Below are positions 1-15,392 of a DNA stretch of 64,000 nucleotides, piece by piece. Source of the stretch: Eledone cirrhosa (taxonomy: Eukaryota). The DNA lies in the NCBI GenBank assembly GCA_964016885.1, contig OZ024750.1, positions 19,034,001-19,098,000 of the forward strand, read 5' to 3'. Position numbers and translations under genes: made by a program. Below the pieces are notes generated by a model. The model searched no databases. It was given only the letters and a program-made list of their open reading frames with translations, and had not been told where the DNA came from. Position 1 is the first letter of the stretch; each line of letters opens with the position of its first letter.

Positions 1-59
1 CATATATATATACATACATATATATATATATATGCATACATATATATACATACATACAT

Positions 60-135
<76 letters not shown>

Positions 136-155
136 ATATATATATATGTATGTGC

Positions 156-207
<52 letters not shown>

Positions 208-1334
208 CTGTGTGCGTGCGTATGTGTGTATGTATGTATATTCATACACACATAAGTGTGCATCCATTTTGAAATGCAATTTTCGAGTTTTGCGCAGTTT
301 CGGTATTTCTCTTTAAAAAATCTTAATCGAACAACTGAATACTCATCATGGAAACCGACTGAGATCCATTTATAACAGACACGAAACCAGCAGAACATTT
401 GTAAAAGGGTTTAGATTTATTTTTTTTGACAGTGGAAGAGTCCAAACCCCGAGTTACCTGCTGGTTTTCAATGCTTAGAATCCCCTTTCTATGGCAATGA
501 CATAGTCGAATTCATTATCAATTGGTGGTTTGTCCTTTTATTGTATTTCCCTTTATTTAACTAATTTGAGAATTAACAATGTATGATATGATAAACCTAA
601 ATCTAGTATCGATTAAGACCCAGTGCCGATCATCTGCGAAACACGTGTTAGGTTCGATAATGAATAAAAATATTTCATACTTATACTTTATTCTCTCATG
701 TATAACGTTAGTAGGATTATGACTACAAACATATAATATACAGATACGGTGCGAAAGACATTTCTATTGGAATCACCTCGTTTAAGAAGTATCATTGAAT
801 GGTACCGTGAATGTCACCTACAAAATAACTTACACACACATGCACTCGTACACACGCACACACACACACATACACGTACACACGTACACACTTACACACA
901 CGTACACACACACACACACACATACACACACACACACACGTGCGGGAGTTAGAAATTATAGAAGATATTGGGGCGTCAAGTATGAAATTTGTAGAAATTA
1001 GTGTTTTTTCTACAAATTTCTACAAATTTTATACTTGATGACTCACTTATACATATAGATGCATAAGTATATATATATGTCTGCATCACGTGTAGACACA
1101 CGTGTGTGCGTGCTTTTGTACGGATAATGCGTGTGTGTGAGTGTGTGTAAGTGTATATACATGTTTTCCAAAAGGATAGTTTTTTTTCATGAGTGACTTC
1201 ACTGGAATTATCACCGCCGGTGATACACTCTCTAGTTTAGCTAACCAACGAAGCAGCAAGTTGTGTCTGAAAACTACTGATTTGTTCAAGAAGGAGAGCA
1301 AGTGAGAGCGAGAGAGCAAGAGAGAGAGAGAGAG

Positions 1335-1387
<53 letters not shown>

Positions 1388-1471
1388 AACAGGGAGAGTG
1401 AGAGAGAGGGGAAAAGAGAGAGGGGAAGAGAGAGAGAGAGAGAGACAGACAGAGAAGAATTGATGCCAGTA

Positions 1472-1752
1472 CTAGACTAGTACTTTATTTATCGAACCTG
1501 GAAGGAAGAAAGTTGACCTTGGCGGTATTCGAACACAGAACGTAAAAAGATCATAATATTTTACTATGGACACATCTTGTCCGATGCTCTTAGAAATAAT
1601 AATAGTTTCTAATTTAAGTAAAAGGCCAGCAATTCTTTTTAACGAGAGGGTAAAGTCGATTATGTCGTCTTCAGTACTTAACTGGTTCTTTATATTAAAG
1701 ACTCTGGAAGGATAAAGAACAGTCTCTGCTGGATTCGAGCCCTAAACGTAAA
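1472..1752 (-). mobile_element. Two degenerate tRNA-derived SINE copies (1472-1545 and ~1600-1752)
   Basis: Diverged matches to the window SINE consensus (tactttatt..tcga..gaaggat..aaagt..ggattcgaac). Confidence 0.6.
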
Positions 1753-1946
1753 GAACTCTATCTAAATATTATCGATATATTTTGTCTGACGCTAACGAAA
1801 TAAAAATAAAACCAGACAAAGTTGGCAATTTTTGCCAAAGTACTAATTTACGAAGCGTGTTAACAATCTAATTTTAAGCCAGTAATAGATCAGTACACCT
1901 CTCCAACACCTACACCTACACACAAATAGACACACACACATGTACA

Positions 1947-2016
<70 letters not shown>

Positions 2017-2026
2017 TATATGTATA

Positions 2027-2089
<63 letters not shown>

Positions 2090-2118
2090 GCATATATGTA
2101 TATATATATGTATATGTA

Positions 2119-2168
<50 letters not shown>

Positions 2169-2506
2169 TATATGTATATATATGTATATGTATGCATATA
2201 TATATATAAATATATATATATATGCATATATATATGGCATATATATATATGCATATATATATATATATGCACATATATATATATATATATATGTATTATA
2301 TATATATATATATGCATATATATATGTGCATATATATATATATGGCATATATATATATGCATATATATATATATATATGCACATATATATATATATACAT
2401 ATGTATTATATATATATATATATATGCATATATATATGTGCATATATATATATATATATATATATGTATATGTATGTATATGCATTATATATATATATAC
2501 ATATAC

Positions 2507-2554
<48 letters not shown>

Positions 2555-2991
2555 CATATGCACACTCACATATATATGTATACATACATACATACATACA
2601 TATATATATACATTATATATATACTAATTTTATATATTTTAATGATATATATATATGTGTTTAATATTTTTTTTTTTGTTTTTTATTTATTTTATAGTTA
2701 TATATATTAATATATATATATAATATATATAATATGTTACTTCCCTGCGTTTGTCTATTTTTTTTTGTTATCTGATATTCCGAACTATATATATAAATAT
2801 ATATATAAATATATATATTCTTTCATAGCCATCCCTTTCCTAGTTTATCATGTGTTGTTGATAAAGTATTGTTCTACAAATAATTTGACATGTCTTCATC
2901 TGTTTTTATATTTCGTTAACTCTTAAATATATATTTTCTAAAAGGATACAGCGATTATCTAAATCTTCTGATTTTATTTTTTACTAGACAA

Positions 2992-3063
<72 letters not shown>

Positions 3064-3086
3064 TATATATATATATATACACATAA

Positions 3087-3315
3087 GTAGAAGGGGTATT
3101 TAATTTGTTGGTAGTCCGACAAATATAAATGTTTAGAACTGATTTAGAGCACTCAACAAGTTCCTGGAGTAAATATTCAATGATATTAAATAAATGGAAA
3201 CTATATTTATAAACCCATATTTATTTTATTATATATATTTCAAGGGTACCAAAACACATTGGTACGCTTTCCTCAGATAAAATACAAAGTTTGTTTTATA
3301 AATAGAGACATACCT
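3087..3315 (-). mobile_element. Penelope-like (PLE) terminal-repeat element, family A, TA-flanked
   Basis: Homologous to 3545-3950 and 32905-33330; carries the HHR at 3222-3284. Confidence 0.7.
3222..3284 (-). ncRNA. Type I minimal hammerhead ribozyme (family A)
   Basis: Reverse strand: UAUUUUAU-CUGAGGA-AAG.GUACCA..UGGUAC.CUU-GAAA-U-AUAU-A-UA/AUAAAAUA; 8 bp stem I, palindromic loop III. Confidence 0.85.
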
Positions 3316-3671
3316 ATGAAAATCATATCTTATCAGTTGGATATTCTCTGGATATTGGAAATGTATTAGGGATTTTTCAAATTTATGGGTGAATATGCAA
3401 ATGAATATGTAAATAATTGAAAAACAACCGTTTATTTAAACGACTATGGAGAGAGAGAAGAGAGAAGAGGAGAAGGACAAAATAGTGCGAGAGAGAGAAG
3501 AAAGAAAAAAAATATATATATATAGGTTATATATATATATATGTAGAAGTTCTATATAAATTCTTGGGATACAACAAGCAAATATTTTTATAACTGATAT
3601 AAAGCACTCAACAAATTGGAGTAAAAATACGATATATTAACAAATGGAAACTATATTTATAAAACCATATT

Positions 3672-3736
3672 TATTTCATTATACATATTTCAAGGACACC
3701 AAGTTAAATTATGGTCTGCTTTCATCAGATAAAATA
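3672..3736 (-). ncRNA. Type I hammerhead ribozyme (family A, left arm)
   Basis: rc: UAUUUUAU-CUGAUGA-AAGCAGACCA..UGGUGUCCUU-GAAA-U-AUGU-A-UA/AUGAAAUA. Confidence 0.75.
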
Positions 3737-3840
3737 TAATATCGAGCAGTTTTATAAGAATGCGACCATTTCTGTTGGAAGCTCCCGGTCGCATTCTTTA
3801 ATGGTATGTCAATATTTATTTATAAAACTGCTCTATATTA

Positions 3841-3905
3841 TATTTTATCTGATGAAAGCACACCATAATTTAACTTGGTGTCCTTGAAATATGTATAATG
3901 AAATA
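3841..3905 (+). ncRNA. Type I hammerhead ribozyme (family A, right arm)
   Basis: tattttat-CTGATGA-aagcacacca..tggtgtcctt-GAAA-t-atgt-a-TA/atgaaata. Confidence 0.8.
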
Positions 3906-4009
3906 AATATGGTTTTATAAATATAGTTTCCATTTGTTAATATATCGTATATATATATATATATATAGGTTATATATATTTTTTGTACAGGTTATATATA
4001 TTTTTTGTA

Positions 4010-4121
4010 ACAGCTTCTGATGATCTGATTGAGATAGCATCGTATTTGAAATTGAATGGCACTGCTTCTAGTGTTCAGCAATTTTTAGACAACTTAATCA
4101 GAGAAACAATTGTTAGACTGT
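4010..4121 (+). ncRNA. Type I hammerhead ribozyme with 79 nt stem II domain
   Basis: acagctt-CTGATGA-tctgattgag...cttaatcaga-GAAA-c-aatt-g-TT/agactgt; 10 bp basal stem II, palindromic loop III, GUU site after 4114. Confidence 0.8.
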
Positions 4122-4171
4122 AAATAAATCCCCTTTTTTGTACTGTTGACCATGTTATTCTTCACCTTTTC

Positions 4172-4251
<80 letters not shown>

Positions 4252-4374
4252 TGTTCTGTTTTATAATGAAGAAGGTTTAGTTAGAAAAATAGAAGAATCT
4301 CGATTCCTAAATGTAATAAATCTAATTGGTGAATAAGGAGAGAGTTTTGTTTATGTGTGAATATACTGCAGTTT

Positions 4375-4448
<74 letters not shown>

Positions 4449-4544
4449 TTATTTGCCACAATATATGTATATATATATAGAGAGATTTAGATCGATATAG
4501 ATATCTGTATGTGTATATATATATATATATGTGTGTATATAAAA

Positions 4545-4639
<95 letters not shown>

Positions 4640-5277
4640 CATATGCGTATGTATGTGTGTGTGTGTTTGTGTGTTTGTGTGTGGGTGTGTGTCTATATAA
4701 ATAGTATATACATCTAGGTAGACATAAATATTCTTCCATGAATTAAAAACTGAACTAGGTCGTTTATATTCTATGAATGATGTCCTATTTCGATACAACA
4801 AAATATGATGATATATAACAAATATTCTTTTCTCTTGGTCCTTAACTCCAGATATAGTTGTAGTGACGCCGTTCTGACACACGGTGTGTCTAAGGTATTT
4901 TAAACTTGGTAGAGTGTATTCCTCTCCAGATCTGAACATAGCTAATTTCTAGAAAAGAACGAGGGATCGATAGAAAGAGAGATAGAAGAATAATCGGCTA
5001 CAGTATTTAACTGGTACTCTAATTATCGACCTAGAAATAAAAATAAAAAGAAGAAAAATGAAAGAAAGAAAAAACGCAATGAAAGAATCAAAGATTGTTT
5101 CATGGTTGTTACCCATTGAGACAAAAGCAAAGTTCATTTTAAAGATAGAATTTTCTGGTTTGGTTCCAAGACTAAAACAAATGTGGCTGGCAATTTTCAA
5201 TTTAAATGGAGAACTATTGGTTCGGTTCCATTTACACTTAATTTACACGTATTGTGAGGAGTTTGGATGACATTATT

Positions 5278-5649
5278 TGATGGCAGTATTGGGAGAGGGT
5301 GGGACGTCATGATTTGACGTATAGCGTTACGGCCCTTGCCATTCTGAGTTCAAATCCCGCCGAGGTTAACTTTGCCTTTCATCCTTACGGGGTCGATAAA
5401 ATAAAGTACCAGTAATGCACTGGGTAATTGCTGGCCTTGTGCCTAACGTAGAAACAATTATTTGATGTTATGGGCGGCGCATTGGCAGTATCGGAAGAGC
5501 GTCAGCATAGAGTCATGACCCTTTACGTTCTAAGTTCAAATCCCACCGAGTTTAGCTTTGCATTTCATCCTTAAGGGGTCGATAAAATGAAGTAGCAGTA
5601 ATGCACTGGGGTAATTGCTGACCTTGTGTCAAAAATAGAAACAATTATT
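5278..5649 (+). mobile_element. Two tandem tRNA-derived SINEs (Deu/Nin-domain type)
   Basis: Box A tggcagtatcgg, box B gagttcaaatcc, core gcctttcatccttacggggtcgataaaataaagtaccag, tail gtagaaacaattatt. Confidence 0.85.
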
Positions 5650-6202
5650 TTATGTTATTGGGCACGTGACCAGTCAAACTTTGGTGTGTATGTGAGTTTG
5701 TTTTACAAAGGCGGCACTGTCCATTTTCCCTGTCTCTAATGGCCAGCTCTTTCGACTATTTTCATAGTTGAAAAGCCTCCGTTGAAGAAGCTTACATATC
5801 AAAATTCAAAATTTGCTAAGCGCTTCATCTTTACAATCCACTGGCGGATAGTAACGGCTTAAACATGACGGACGGGTAAGTGTCCAGTCTCACTTTGGAG
5901 TAATGATAGATCAGATGTATGGCATGCGGCAGGTGTAAGCTCAATTCACACAGGAGATTCTCACAATTGTCTGCTTCTAGTGGATTATATACACAAATTG
6001 TTCGTATATTTTCATACGCTGAAAACCTACGGTGATGCTTACTTTAATCTAATATACTTCAAAAATAATAATAGGTAAACGACGAAATAATACATCAATG
6101 GTATATTAGTTTAAAGCTTGAAATAGTTGAATAAGAGTTTTAACGTATCAAATGTTTATCCTTCATCGGAAGACCTGGAAATATACATACATAATACATA
6201 GA

Positions 6203-6265
<63 letters not shown>

Positions 6266-6312
6266 GCACATATATATATATATACATAAATATATATATA
6301 CATATATATGTA

Positions 6313-6400
<88 letters not shown>

Positions 6401-6450
6401 TATATACATATATATATGTATGTATATATGTATGTATGTATGTATGTATA

Positions 6451-6501
<51 letters not shown>

Positions 6502-6847
6502 GTATATATGCCCTGATCACACTGTCTGTGAAGTTTAGCTAAGAGCAAGAATCGATAGCGATTCACACTTACAGTTACATTAGACAGTCAGCCTAGACTG
6601 GCAGACGACAATCGAGGTACGAATAAATTGGAAGAAGTGGAAGTCGAAACGAAACCAGACGATACTCAAATCTACTCAGTATGCAAGACTTGGGTGGTAG
6701 ACTTAATATGGCAGAAGTTAAGAGAACAATAGGACTGTGATAAAATATTCAATGAACCAACTTTTATCTTCTCCGGGGGAAGAATTGCTTATATTCATTA
6801 GAAAGCGTTACGCATCTCTTTATAAAATGTATAGCTATCATATCTTG

Positions 6848-6976
<129 letters not shown>

Positions 6977-7059
6977 CACACATATATATTATATATATAT
7001 ATATATTATATATTATATATATATATGATATATATATATCATATATATATAATATATGG

Positions 7060-7094
<35 letters not shown>

Positions 7095-7110
7095 CATATA
7101 TATATATAAT

Positions 7111-7154
<44 letters not shown>

Positions 7155-7197
7155 GTATTATATATATATATATATAATATATATATATATATGTATG

Positions 7198-7259
<62 letters not shown>

Positions 7260-7271
7260 CATATATATATA

Positions 7272-7320
<49 letters not shown>

Positions 7321-7599
7321 ATATATTATATATTTATATATATTCGACATTTGCTAGTGGTTCGTGTCGAAATTCCTTAATTTTAGCCCCTCTTTCAGTT
7401 GCACTGTGGAGATAAGGAAATTACAGAAGAATCGTGGAATGATTTATTTCCATTCTTGGATCAATAGTCATACCAGTTTCCTTTTAAACAGCTCTTTATA
7501 TTTGCACAATAGATTGCACAATACATTTTTCACGTAATCTATATAATGGAAGTTAATACAGTTCGGCAGTTCTTGGGAAATCTATGGTTAGATGAATTT

Positions 7600-8395
7600 C
7601 AAGAAGGAAAAAGAAAGAGACAAAGGGACAAGATTGAGAGAGAGAGAAAGAGAGAAGGGGGAGGGAGAGGGAGAGAGCGATATGGAGAGAGAGGGAGTGA
7701 GAGATAGGGAGAGAGAGAGGGGGGGGGAGAGATAGGGAGAGAGAGATATATGGAGAGAGAGGGAGTGAAAGATAGGGAGAGAGAGATAGGGAGAGAGAGA
7801 TATATGGAGAGAGAGGGAGAGAGAGATAGGGAGAGAAGGGGGGAGAGATAGGGAGAGAGAAGGGAAAAGAAAGAGAAATTGGGAAAAGGAGGGAGAGAAG
7901 GGGAAAACGAGGGGAAGAAAGAGAGAAGTGGGGGAGAGAGAGAAGGGGAAGGAAAGAGAAAGTGAGAGAGAGAGAGAGAGAGAAGGCGGAAGGAAAGAGA
8001 AAGTGAGAGAGAGAGAAGGCGGAAGGAAAGAGAAAGTGAGAGAGAGAAGGCGGAAGGAAAGAGAAAGTGAGAGAGAGAAGGCGGAAGGAAAGAGAAAGTG
8101 AGAGAGAGAGAGAAGGCGGAAGGAAAGAGAAAGTGAGAGAGAGAAGGCGGAAGGAAAGAGAAAGTGAGAGAGAGAGAAAGCGGAAGGAAAGAGAAAGTGA
8201 GAGAGAGAAGGCGGAAGGAAAGAAAGAAAAGTGAGAGAGAGAAGGCGGAAGGAAAGAGAAAGTGAGAGAGAGAAGGCGGATGGAAAGAAAGAAAAGTGAG
8301 AGAGAGAAGGCGGAAGGAAAGAGAAAGTGAGAGAGAGAAGGCGGAAGGAAAGAGAAAGTGAGAGAGAGAAGGCGGATGGAAAGAAAGAAAAGTGA
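7600..8395. repeat. GA-rich tract grading into a ~30 bp minisatellite (gagagaaggcggaaggaaagagaaagt)n
   Basis: More than 12 visible units at ~7950-8395. Confidence 0.9.
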
Positions 8396-8432
8396 ATATA
8401 AATAAGTAAATAACCCACGATGAATAAAAACA

Positions 8433-8611
8433 AATAATTGTTTCTACTTTTGGCACAAGGCCAGCAATTATCCCAGTACATTACCGGTACTTTATTTTAT
8501 CGACCCCGTAAGGATGAAAGGCAAAGTTAATCTTTGAACTCAGATCGTAAAGGGACGTAACTCGATGCTACAAAGCATGGTGTCTAACCCTCTACCAATA
8601 CTGCCAATCCA
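8433..8611 (-). mobile_element. tRNA-derived SINE
   Basis: Reverse complement of SINE consensus with a small internal deletion. Confidence 0.85.
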
Positions 8612-8718
8612 ATAATAATAATGATAATAATAATAATAATAAGAAGAAGAAGAGCAACAACAACAACAACAAGAACAAGAACAACAACAAGAACAAGAAC
8701 AACAACAACAACAACCTC

Positions 8719-8767
<49 letters not shown>

Positions 8768-9102
8768 GAAACAACAACAACAGTAATAACAATAACTTCA
8801 AAGTTTGAGATTTTCAGGTTGAATGTCGAAAGTATTTGAAAAAAAATGTTTTTCTCGCTTCTGAATCTGATATTAGTTTTTCTACATTAAGAATTCATTT
8901 TATTCTACGAAGGAAGAATTTCCTTGACACGAATCGATGTTCTATTTATTTAGCTATTTATTTATTGATTCAGTTCGATATTTATTTATTTATTTATTTT
9001 TTTATTTATTTGATTTTTCATTTAATTTATTGAACTTCTTTTAAAATATATTTCTGTTATTGTATTGTGTGACGATTGTGGTATGGTGAACTCCGTAGTG
9101 AG

Positions 9103-9133
<31 letters not shown>

Positions 9134-9578
9134 TGTATGTATGTATGTATGTATGTATGTATGTATGTATGTATGTATGTATGTATGTATGTATGCATGC
9201 ATGTATGCTTGTGTGTATGTATGTATGTATGTATGTATGTATGTATGTATGTATGTATGTATGTATGTGTGTATATGTATGTATGATTGTATGTATGTAT
9301 GTATGTATGTATGTATGTATGTGTGTGTGTATGTATGTGTGTATATGTATGTATGATTGTATGTGTGTATCTATGTATGTGGGTATGTATGTGGGTATGT
9401 ATGTATGTATGTATGTATGTACGTATGAATGTGTGTATATATATGTACGTATGTGTATGTATGTATGTATGTGTGTGTATAGGTATGTATGTATGTATGC
9501 ATGAATGTGTGTGTATGTATGTGTGTACATGTATATTTATATATGAATACATATATATATACACACACAAATACACAC

Positions 9579-9630
<52 letters not shown>

Positions 9631-10058
9631 TTATATTAACAGAATAAATATTCTCAACCTTTACATTACAAGCCTTTTCTTTTACAGCAATACCTGTAAA
9701 TACTTTCATATATATATATACATACATACACACCACGCAAACACACTTACATACACACAGACACATATATACACACACACAGACAAATATATATACACAC
9801 ACACAGCGAGAGGAAGAGACAGTGAGAGATTAAGCTCACTAAGCTGGCGACACATTTTCGATTCCCTGTATAAACTAATTTTTTTTCATAAAATAATTAT
9901 TTAACATAACCCTGTCCCTAATTAATGCATTTTATTCCCCGTGGGTCGATGATAGAAACCAGAAAATCTACCATTCGCAGACTGGGGTCTCGATGATTCG
10001 ATTATTCCTCTTAACGATCAATTTGGCCACGTGATAATGTATGAAATACATTATTTAA

Positions 10059-10450
10059 TTGGCATTATCGGTAGAGCGTCAGATAACAAGATTAGCGGCA
10101 TATAGTTACGGCCCTTTACGTTCTGAGTTCAAATCCCGCCAAGGTTTACTTTGCCTTTCATCCTTACGGGGTCGATAAAACAAAGTACCAGTAATGTATT
10201 GGGGTCAATTTAGTCAACTTTCTCCTTCCCTTCAAATTGTTGGCCTTATGCCAAATGTAGGGTGGATTGGCAGTATCGGTAGAGGGTCGGATGCCATGCT
10301 TTGACGTATAGAGTTACGGCCCTTGCCATTCTGAGTTCAAATCCCGCCGAGGTTAACTTTGCCTTTCATCCTTACGGGGTCGATAAAATAAAGTACCAGT
10401 AATGCTCTGGGTAATTGCTGGCCTTGTGCCAAAAGTAGAAACAATTATTA

Positions 10451-10452
<2 letters not shown>
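10059..10452 (+). mobile_element. Two tandem SINEs (10059-10260 longer variant; 10260-10452)
   Basis: Both have box A/B and the Deu/Nin core. Confidence 0.85.
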
Positions 10453-10480
<28 letters not shown>

Positions 10481-10484
<4 letters not shown>

Positions 10485-10695
10485 GGAGGTGAGTTTTATT
10501 GTAGTACAATAAAGCAATGCAGATATCGGATAAGTTGATTTAAAACTGCACTATTCACAAGTGTGTTTTAACCTTCATATCATATCTCCCTATTTTATCT
10601 GACGAAAATGCAAATGTTATTGCATGATGATATTTGATTTTGAAATGCGCATAATAAAATACATGGAACTCTTTTAACCATCTTTTGATCTTATA
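10481..10695 (+). mobile_element. PLE-type HHR element, family B, inserted in (TA)n
   Basis: Close match to 57169-57390 and 57527-57688; TA tracts on both sides. Confidence 0.8.
10591..10661 (+). ncRNA. Type I minimal hammerhead ribozyme (family B)
   Basis: tattttat-CTGACGA-aaa..caaatgttat..gatatttg..ttt-GAAA-t-gcgc-a-TA/ataaaata; palindromic GCGC loop III. Confidence 0.85.
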
Positions 10696-10724
10696 TATTA
10701 TATATATATATATATACATAAACA

Positions 10725-10831
10725 CAGCGTGTCCCCAAAAAACGTATACACACTTTGTTTACCTTTACAGACAATATTTATTTATTAGAATTCTGTTGAA
10801 GTGTGTATTCATTTTTTGGGAGGACACCCTG
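10725..10831. mobile_element. Tc1/mariner-type MITE
   Basis: ~30 bp imperfect TIRs cagcgtgtccccaaaaaacgtatacacact / agtgtgtattcattttttgggaggacaccctg. Confidence 0.7.
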
Positions 10832-10999
10832 TTTATATATACATATATATATATGTGGGAGTTCGGCTCTTCCACGTTCCGACCATATCCTTGTGGTTGT
10901 GTTCATTAAGCAGTTAATGAGTCTGTTTATGTATAGACTCAATATTATTCATTTCCAAACAGGCTTTACAGATTTATCATGCTGATACAGTCCATCTGA

Positions 11000-11270
11000 T
11001 AGGATTTCAAACAATGTTTGAGCATTCCACTGACACGTGTACACTTAACGTAACTCTCAGGGAAATTCAGCGTGACATAGTGTATAACAAAGCTGGCCCA
11101 TTGTATTACAGGTGCAGTGCATCCGATAGGCTGCCAAACAGTTTCCTTTCCATCTATCAAATTTCCATCACATGTCGTTGGATGATACTTACCGAATATG
11201 TTACGCAATGGTATCGAACCCAGGATCTAATGATTGCGAAGTAAACTACTCAAACATTCGGCTATGCTAC
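11000..11270 (-). mobile_element. Second, older tRNA-derived SINE family (related copies ~13540-13640, 28950-29052, 49330-49490, 52690-52860)
   Basis: tRNA-like head on reverse strand (ggttcgatacc box B) shared among diverged copies. Confidence 0.55.
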
Positions 11271-11922
11271 CTTGTAATCTAATCCTTTATATAATTTGCC
11301 ATTTTTCACCTCAGAAAAATAACCTCGCCATATGAAATCACAGTAAATTCCCATACATAACATTTAATAGAACTTTTTATTCATTTGTTTTTTTTTTTTC
11401 ATTGGCGAGGTTATTTTTACTGCTGACGGTAGTAGTGGTGGTGGTGGTTGTGGTGGCAGTGGTTATTGTGATGATGATGATGATGAAGATGATGATGATG
11501 ATGATGGTGATGATGTTATGAGAGATTTTCCGATCGAACGTTTCTCTTTCTTGAATATTTTATTCCCAGTTTGACAATTGAACAATTTAAAATGTCTGAC
11601 ATATTAGAAAGATGAGATCAAAAATAGCAGACGATTCTTTCTTCAGAATTTAGCCAATCAAAACTGACATAAAAATTCCCATCATTAGATATACTGCTTC
11701 TTTTCCTAAATAGTTACAAAGATTATCTCATAAAACATTTAACAGATCGAACTGCGAAAGAAATCTATTAAAAATTAAATCTATGCGGTATGTTTCCAAT
11801 TTTTATTTTCGTTAAAAAATAAAGCAAAAGATGAAAAAAAACAAAACATAGACGGCTCGATACCCACTTTGACAGAATGTGGGTGTATGTGTGTATATGT
11901 GTATGTATGTGTGTGTGTGTGT

Positions 11923-12013
<91 letters not shown>

Positions 12014-12382
12014 GTCTGGTGGGTTACACTCTCATACACGCTCTCACACACACACTCTCTCTCATACACTCTCTCTCTCTCTCACACACACTCTCTCATA
12101 CACACACTCTCACACACACTCTCTCATACACACTCTCTCTCACACTCACTCTCTCATACACACACTCTCTCACACACACACTCTCTCATACACACACAAA
12201 TATAAAAAAAGAGCAACCAACACAGCGTTGAAGTTGAGAATATTTATATCAACAGTTTGACTTATATCAACATTCACCAGACGTGCATATCTGCCAACAG
12301 TCGGTTTTACTCACCTCTGGAGAATACACAGTTGCTCTGATGAGATTCTTGCCAAGTCCCTCAAGTCAAGCTAATCTTCTAC

Positions 12383-12707
12383 ACAGACCAAACATTTGTG
12401 ATTTGTGGGTTCGATCTAGATAAGCTCCATAGACAGGGACCCGGCAACTGTAAACTGAATGTGTCTTTTCCGGCGCGCAAAGCCTACAGAGATCGGATTA
12501 GTGAATTAGTTAAGCGGGCGTTGACGGGGGGCAGTCGTCAACAACAAATGGTGATTCACTCTGAAAAGGGCCATCAAAATAGAATCCATTAGGTTCAGTA
12601 AGGCTGAAGCGATAGAGAAAAAAGAGCAGAGGGAGAACTAGTTAGAAAGTTAGACGAGGCGTTTAGTAAAAGCATCGCAGTCGACGTGCTTGCCGCGAGA
12701 TTGGCCC
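12383..12707 (+). pseudogene. Decayed internal fragment of Tx1-family ORF2
   Basis: LDKLHRQGPGNCKLNVSFPARKAYRDRISELVKRALTG aligns to LDRTHRQGPGYWKLNLSLPASRAYRNRISTLVKERLTG of 43368-46829; frameshifted. Confidence 0.85.
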
Positions 12708-12797
12708 TCGAACAGTTCTTCAATAATTCAGCTTCGTGATTATCATTGAAGAACTGTTCGAAATATTATGTGTAGGCTTCATTATATATAAATATAT

Positions 12798-12988
12798 AAT
12801 TGTTTCTACTTTTGGCACAAGGCCAGTAATTATCCCAGTGCATTACTGGTACTTTATTTTATCGACCCCGTAAGGATGAAAGGCAAAGTTAACCTCGGCG
12901 GGATTTGAACTCAGATCATAAAGGGGCGTAACTCTATACGTGAAAGCATGGCGTCCGACCCTCTACCGATACTGCCAATCGACCACCC
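12798..12988 (-). mobile_element. Full-length SINE with ~16 bp TSD (tatataaatatataat)
   Basis: Consensus match; inserted into the centre of a pre-existing inverted repeat (12760-12790 / 12997-13027). Confidence 0.9.
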
Positions 12989-13260
12989 TTATATAAATAT
13001 ATAATGAAGCCTACACATAATATTTCTGAATAAATGGAATAGCCATGGATGGAAGTCCTTTTATCATAGGTGCACTCTGGCAGTACTGATATAGGGTTAA
13101 ACAATATCAATAATATTTTTCTATACACAGTCTATTTTATACACACTGTAAATAGAAGCTTGTTATATACCTTGTAGATAACAGAATTATATACGCTGTG
13201 TAGATAGCAGAAGCTCTTTATAGGCATTGTAGATACACATACAGTCTTATTATATACATG

Positions 13261-13381
13261 ATCTGAGTTCAAATCCCGCCGAGGTTGACTTTGCCTTTCA
13301 TCCTTACGGGGTCGATAAAATAAAGTACCAGTAATGCACTGGGTAATTGCTGGCCTTGTGCCTAAAGTAGAAACAATTATA
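13261..13381 (+). mobile_element. 5'-truncated SINE with TSD ttatatacat
   Basis: Near-consensus 3' part. Confidence 0.85.
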
Positions 13382-14103
13382 TACATTGTAGATCAGAGAG
13401 ATTCTTTTGAACACATCGCAAATATCAGAAGCTTCTTATACATACTGTAAATAACTGTGAACATTTTTTACATACTCTGTAAATACTAGAAGGGTTTATA
13501 CACACTGCCAATCAGAAAGCTGATTTTAATACATATCATAGATATCAGAAGATACTTGCCCATGATGCACGCGATCTGGAATCGAACCCTGATTCACACA
13601 GTTGCGTAGTAAACGTCTAAACCACACGACAATACCCCCACCTACTTAGTTTAACATTAAATTTCAAGCAAGAAGACAAAAATGTTGACGAACCACATAT
13701 AATTGTCTATGAACATATATCTTCCCTTCAAATAATTTCCCAATATGAAAAATGTATAAAAAGACAGATTTTATTCGATTTTTCCATCTCATTTTTCATC
13801 TAATTTTAACGGTAACGTGTTATGTATACGTGCATACAGACGCACATATATACATATACATTCATATATACATACACGTACTCATACACACACACATAGG
13901 TATATATACACACAAAAAAACATACACACACGCACACATAGGCATACAAACATATATATAATGTTTAAAATTATTCGTAAGAAAATTGTATAACGATAAT
14001 ATATACACGGAGTTCACACCAATACATATACATGTATATATATATATATATATATACATATATGTATATATATATATATAAATATATATATACATATATG
14101 TAT

Positions 14104-14142
<39 letters not shown>

Positions 14143-14204
14143 CATAAATATATATATATATATATATATATACATAAATATATATATATATATACATATA
14201 TGTA

Positions 14205-14237
<33 letters not shown>

Positions 14238-14250
14238 GTATATATATACA

Positions 14251-14284
<34 letters not shown>

Positions 14285-14304
14285 CATATATGTATATATA
14301 TACA

Positions 14305-14338
<34 letters not shown>

Positions 14339-14361
14339 CATATATGTATATATATATATAT

Positions 14362-14426
<65 letters not shown>

Positions 14427-14438
14427 TATATACATATA

Positions 14439-14536
<98 letters not shown>

Positions 14537-14548
14537 TATATACATATA

Positions 14549-14645
<97 letters not shown>

Positions 14646-14646
14646 G

Positions 14647-14681
<35 letters not shown>

Positions 14682-14719
14682 GTATATATATATTTACATA
14701 TATATATGCATATATACAC

Positions 14720-14775
<56 letters not shown>

Positions 14776-15284
14776 ATGAGTGTGTATCATTACACGGTTA
14801 TTCCGGCACAGGAAAATTCTTGAATACATCGATATTTTTATTGACATTTATCGCATAGTTAGTTGATCGGCAAAATTTACAATTCTGAAATGATAAATAA
14901 TAATAATAATAATAAAAAAAATAATAAAAAACACAACAATAAAAAACAAAAATTGAAACAAAAAATAACAATACGATAAATATAAAAAAAATGAAAGAGA
15001 GAAATAAAACGTTGATTATTTGAAAAAAAAATGCAAATAAGTAATCTTAAGGCATTTTTAACAGCAAAAGAAAAGAGAACACAAACAAATATTAAATATA
15101 ATATATTGAAATAAAAATACTTTGAAAAAGAATATGCATGAGTGTATATATATATATATATAATTATGTATATATATATATATAGACATATAAACACATA
15201 TTTTTCGAATATGTAATTCCTTCTAAAATTGCTAGTTTTGTCTCGTTATTCATTTCTAATAATAATAATAATAATATATACATG

Positions 15285-15333
<49 letters not shown>

Positions 15334-15358
15334 TATATATATATATATATACAAATAT

Positions 15359-15392
<34 letters not shown>

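Larger units (their letters stand above)
3545..3950. mobile_element. Fold-back PLE element, family A (arms ~3627-3756 / ~3820-3950)
   Basis: Near-perfect inverted repeat bounded by TA tracts, with an HHR in each arm. Confidence 0.8.

Noticed and set aside
970-1045. Short inverted repeat gtcaagtatgaaatttgtagaaa / tttctacaaattttatacttga
   Set aside because: Probably a collapsed MITE remnant; too short to classify
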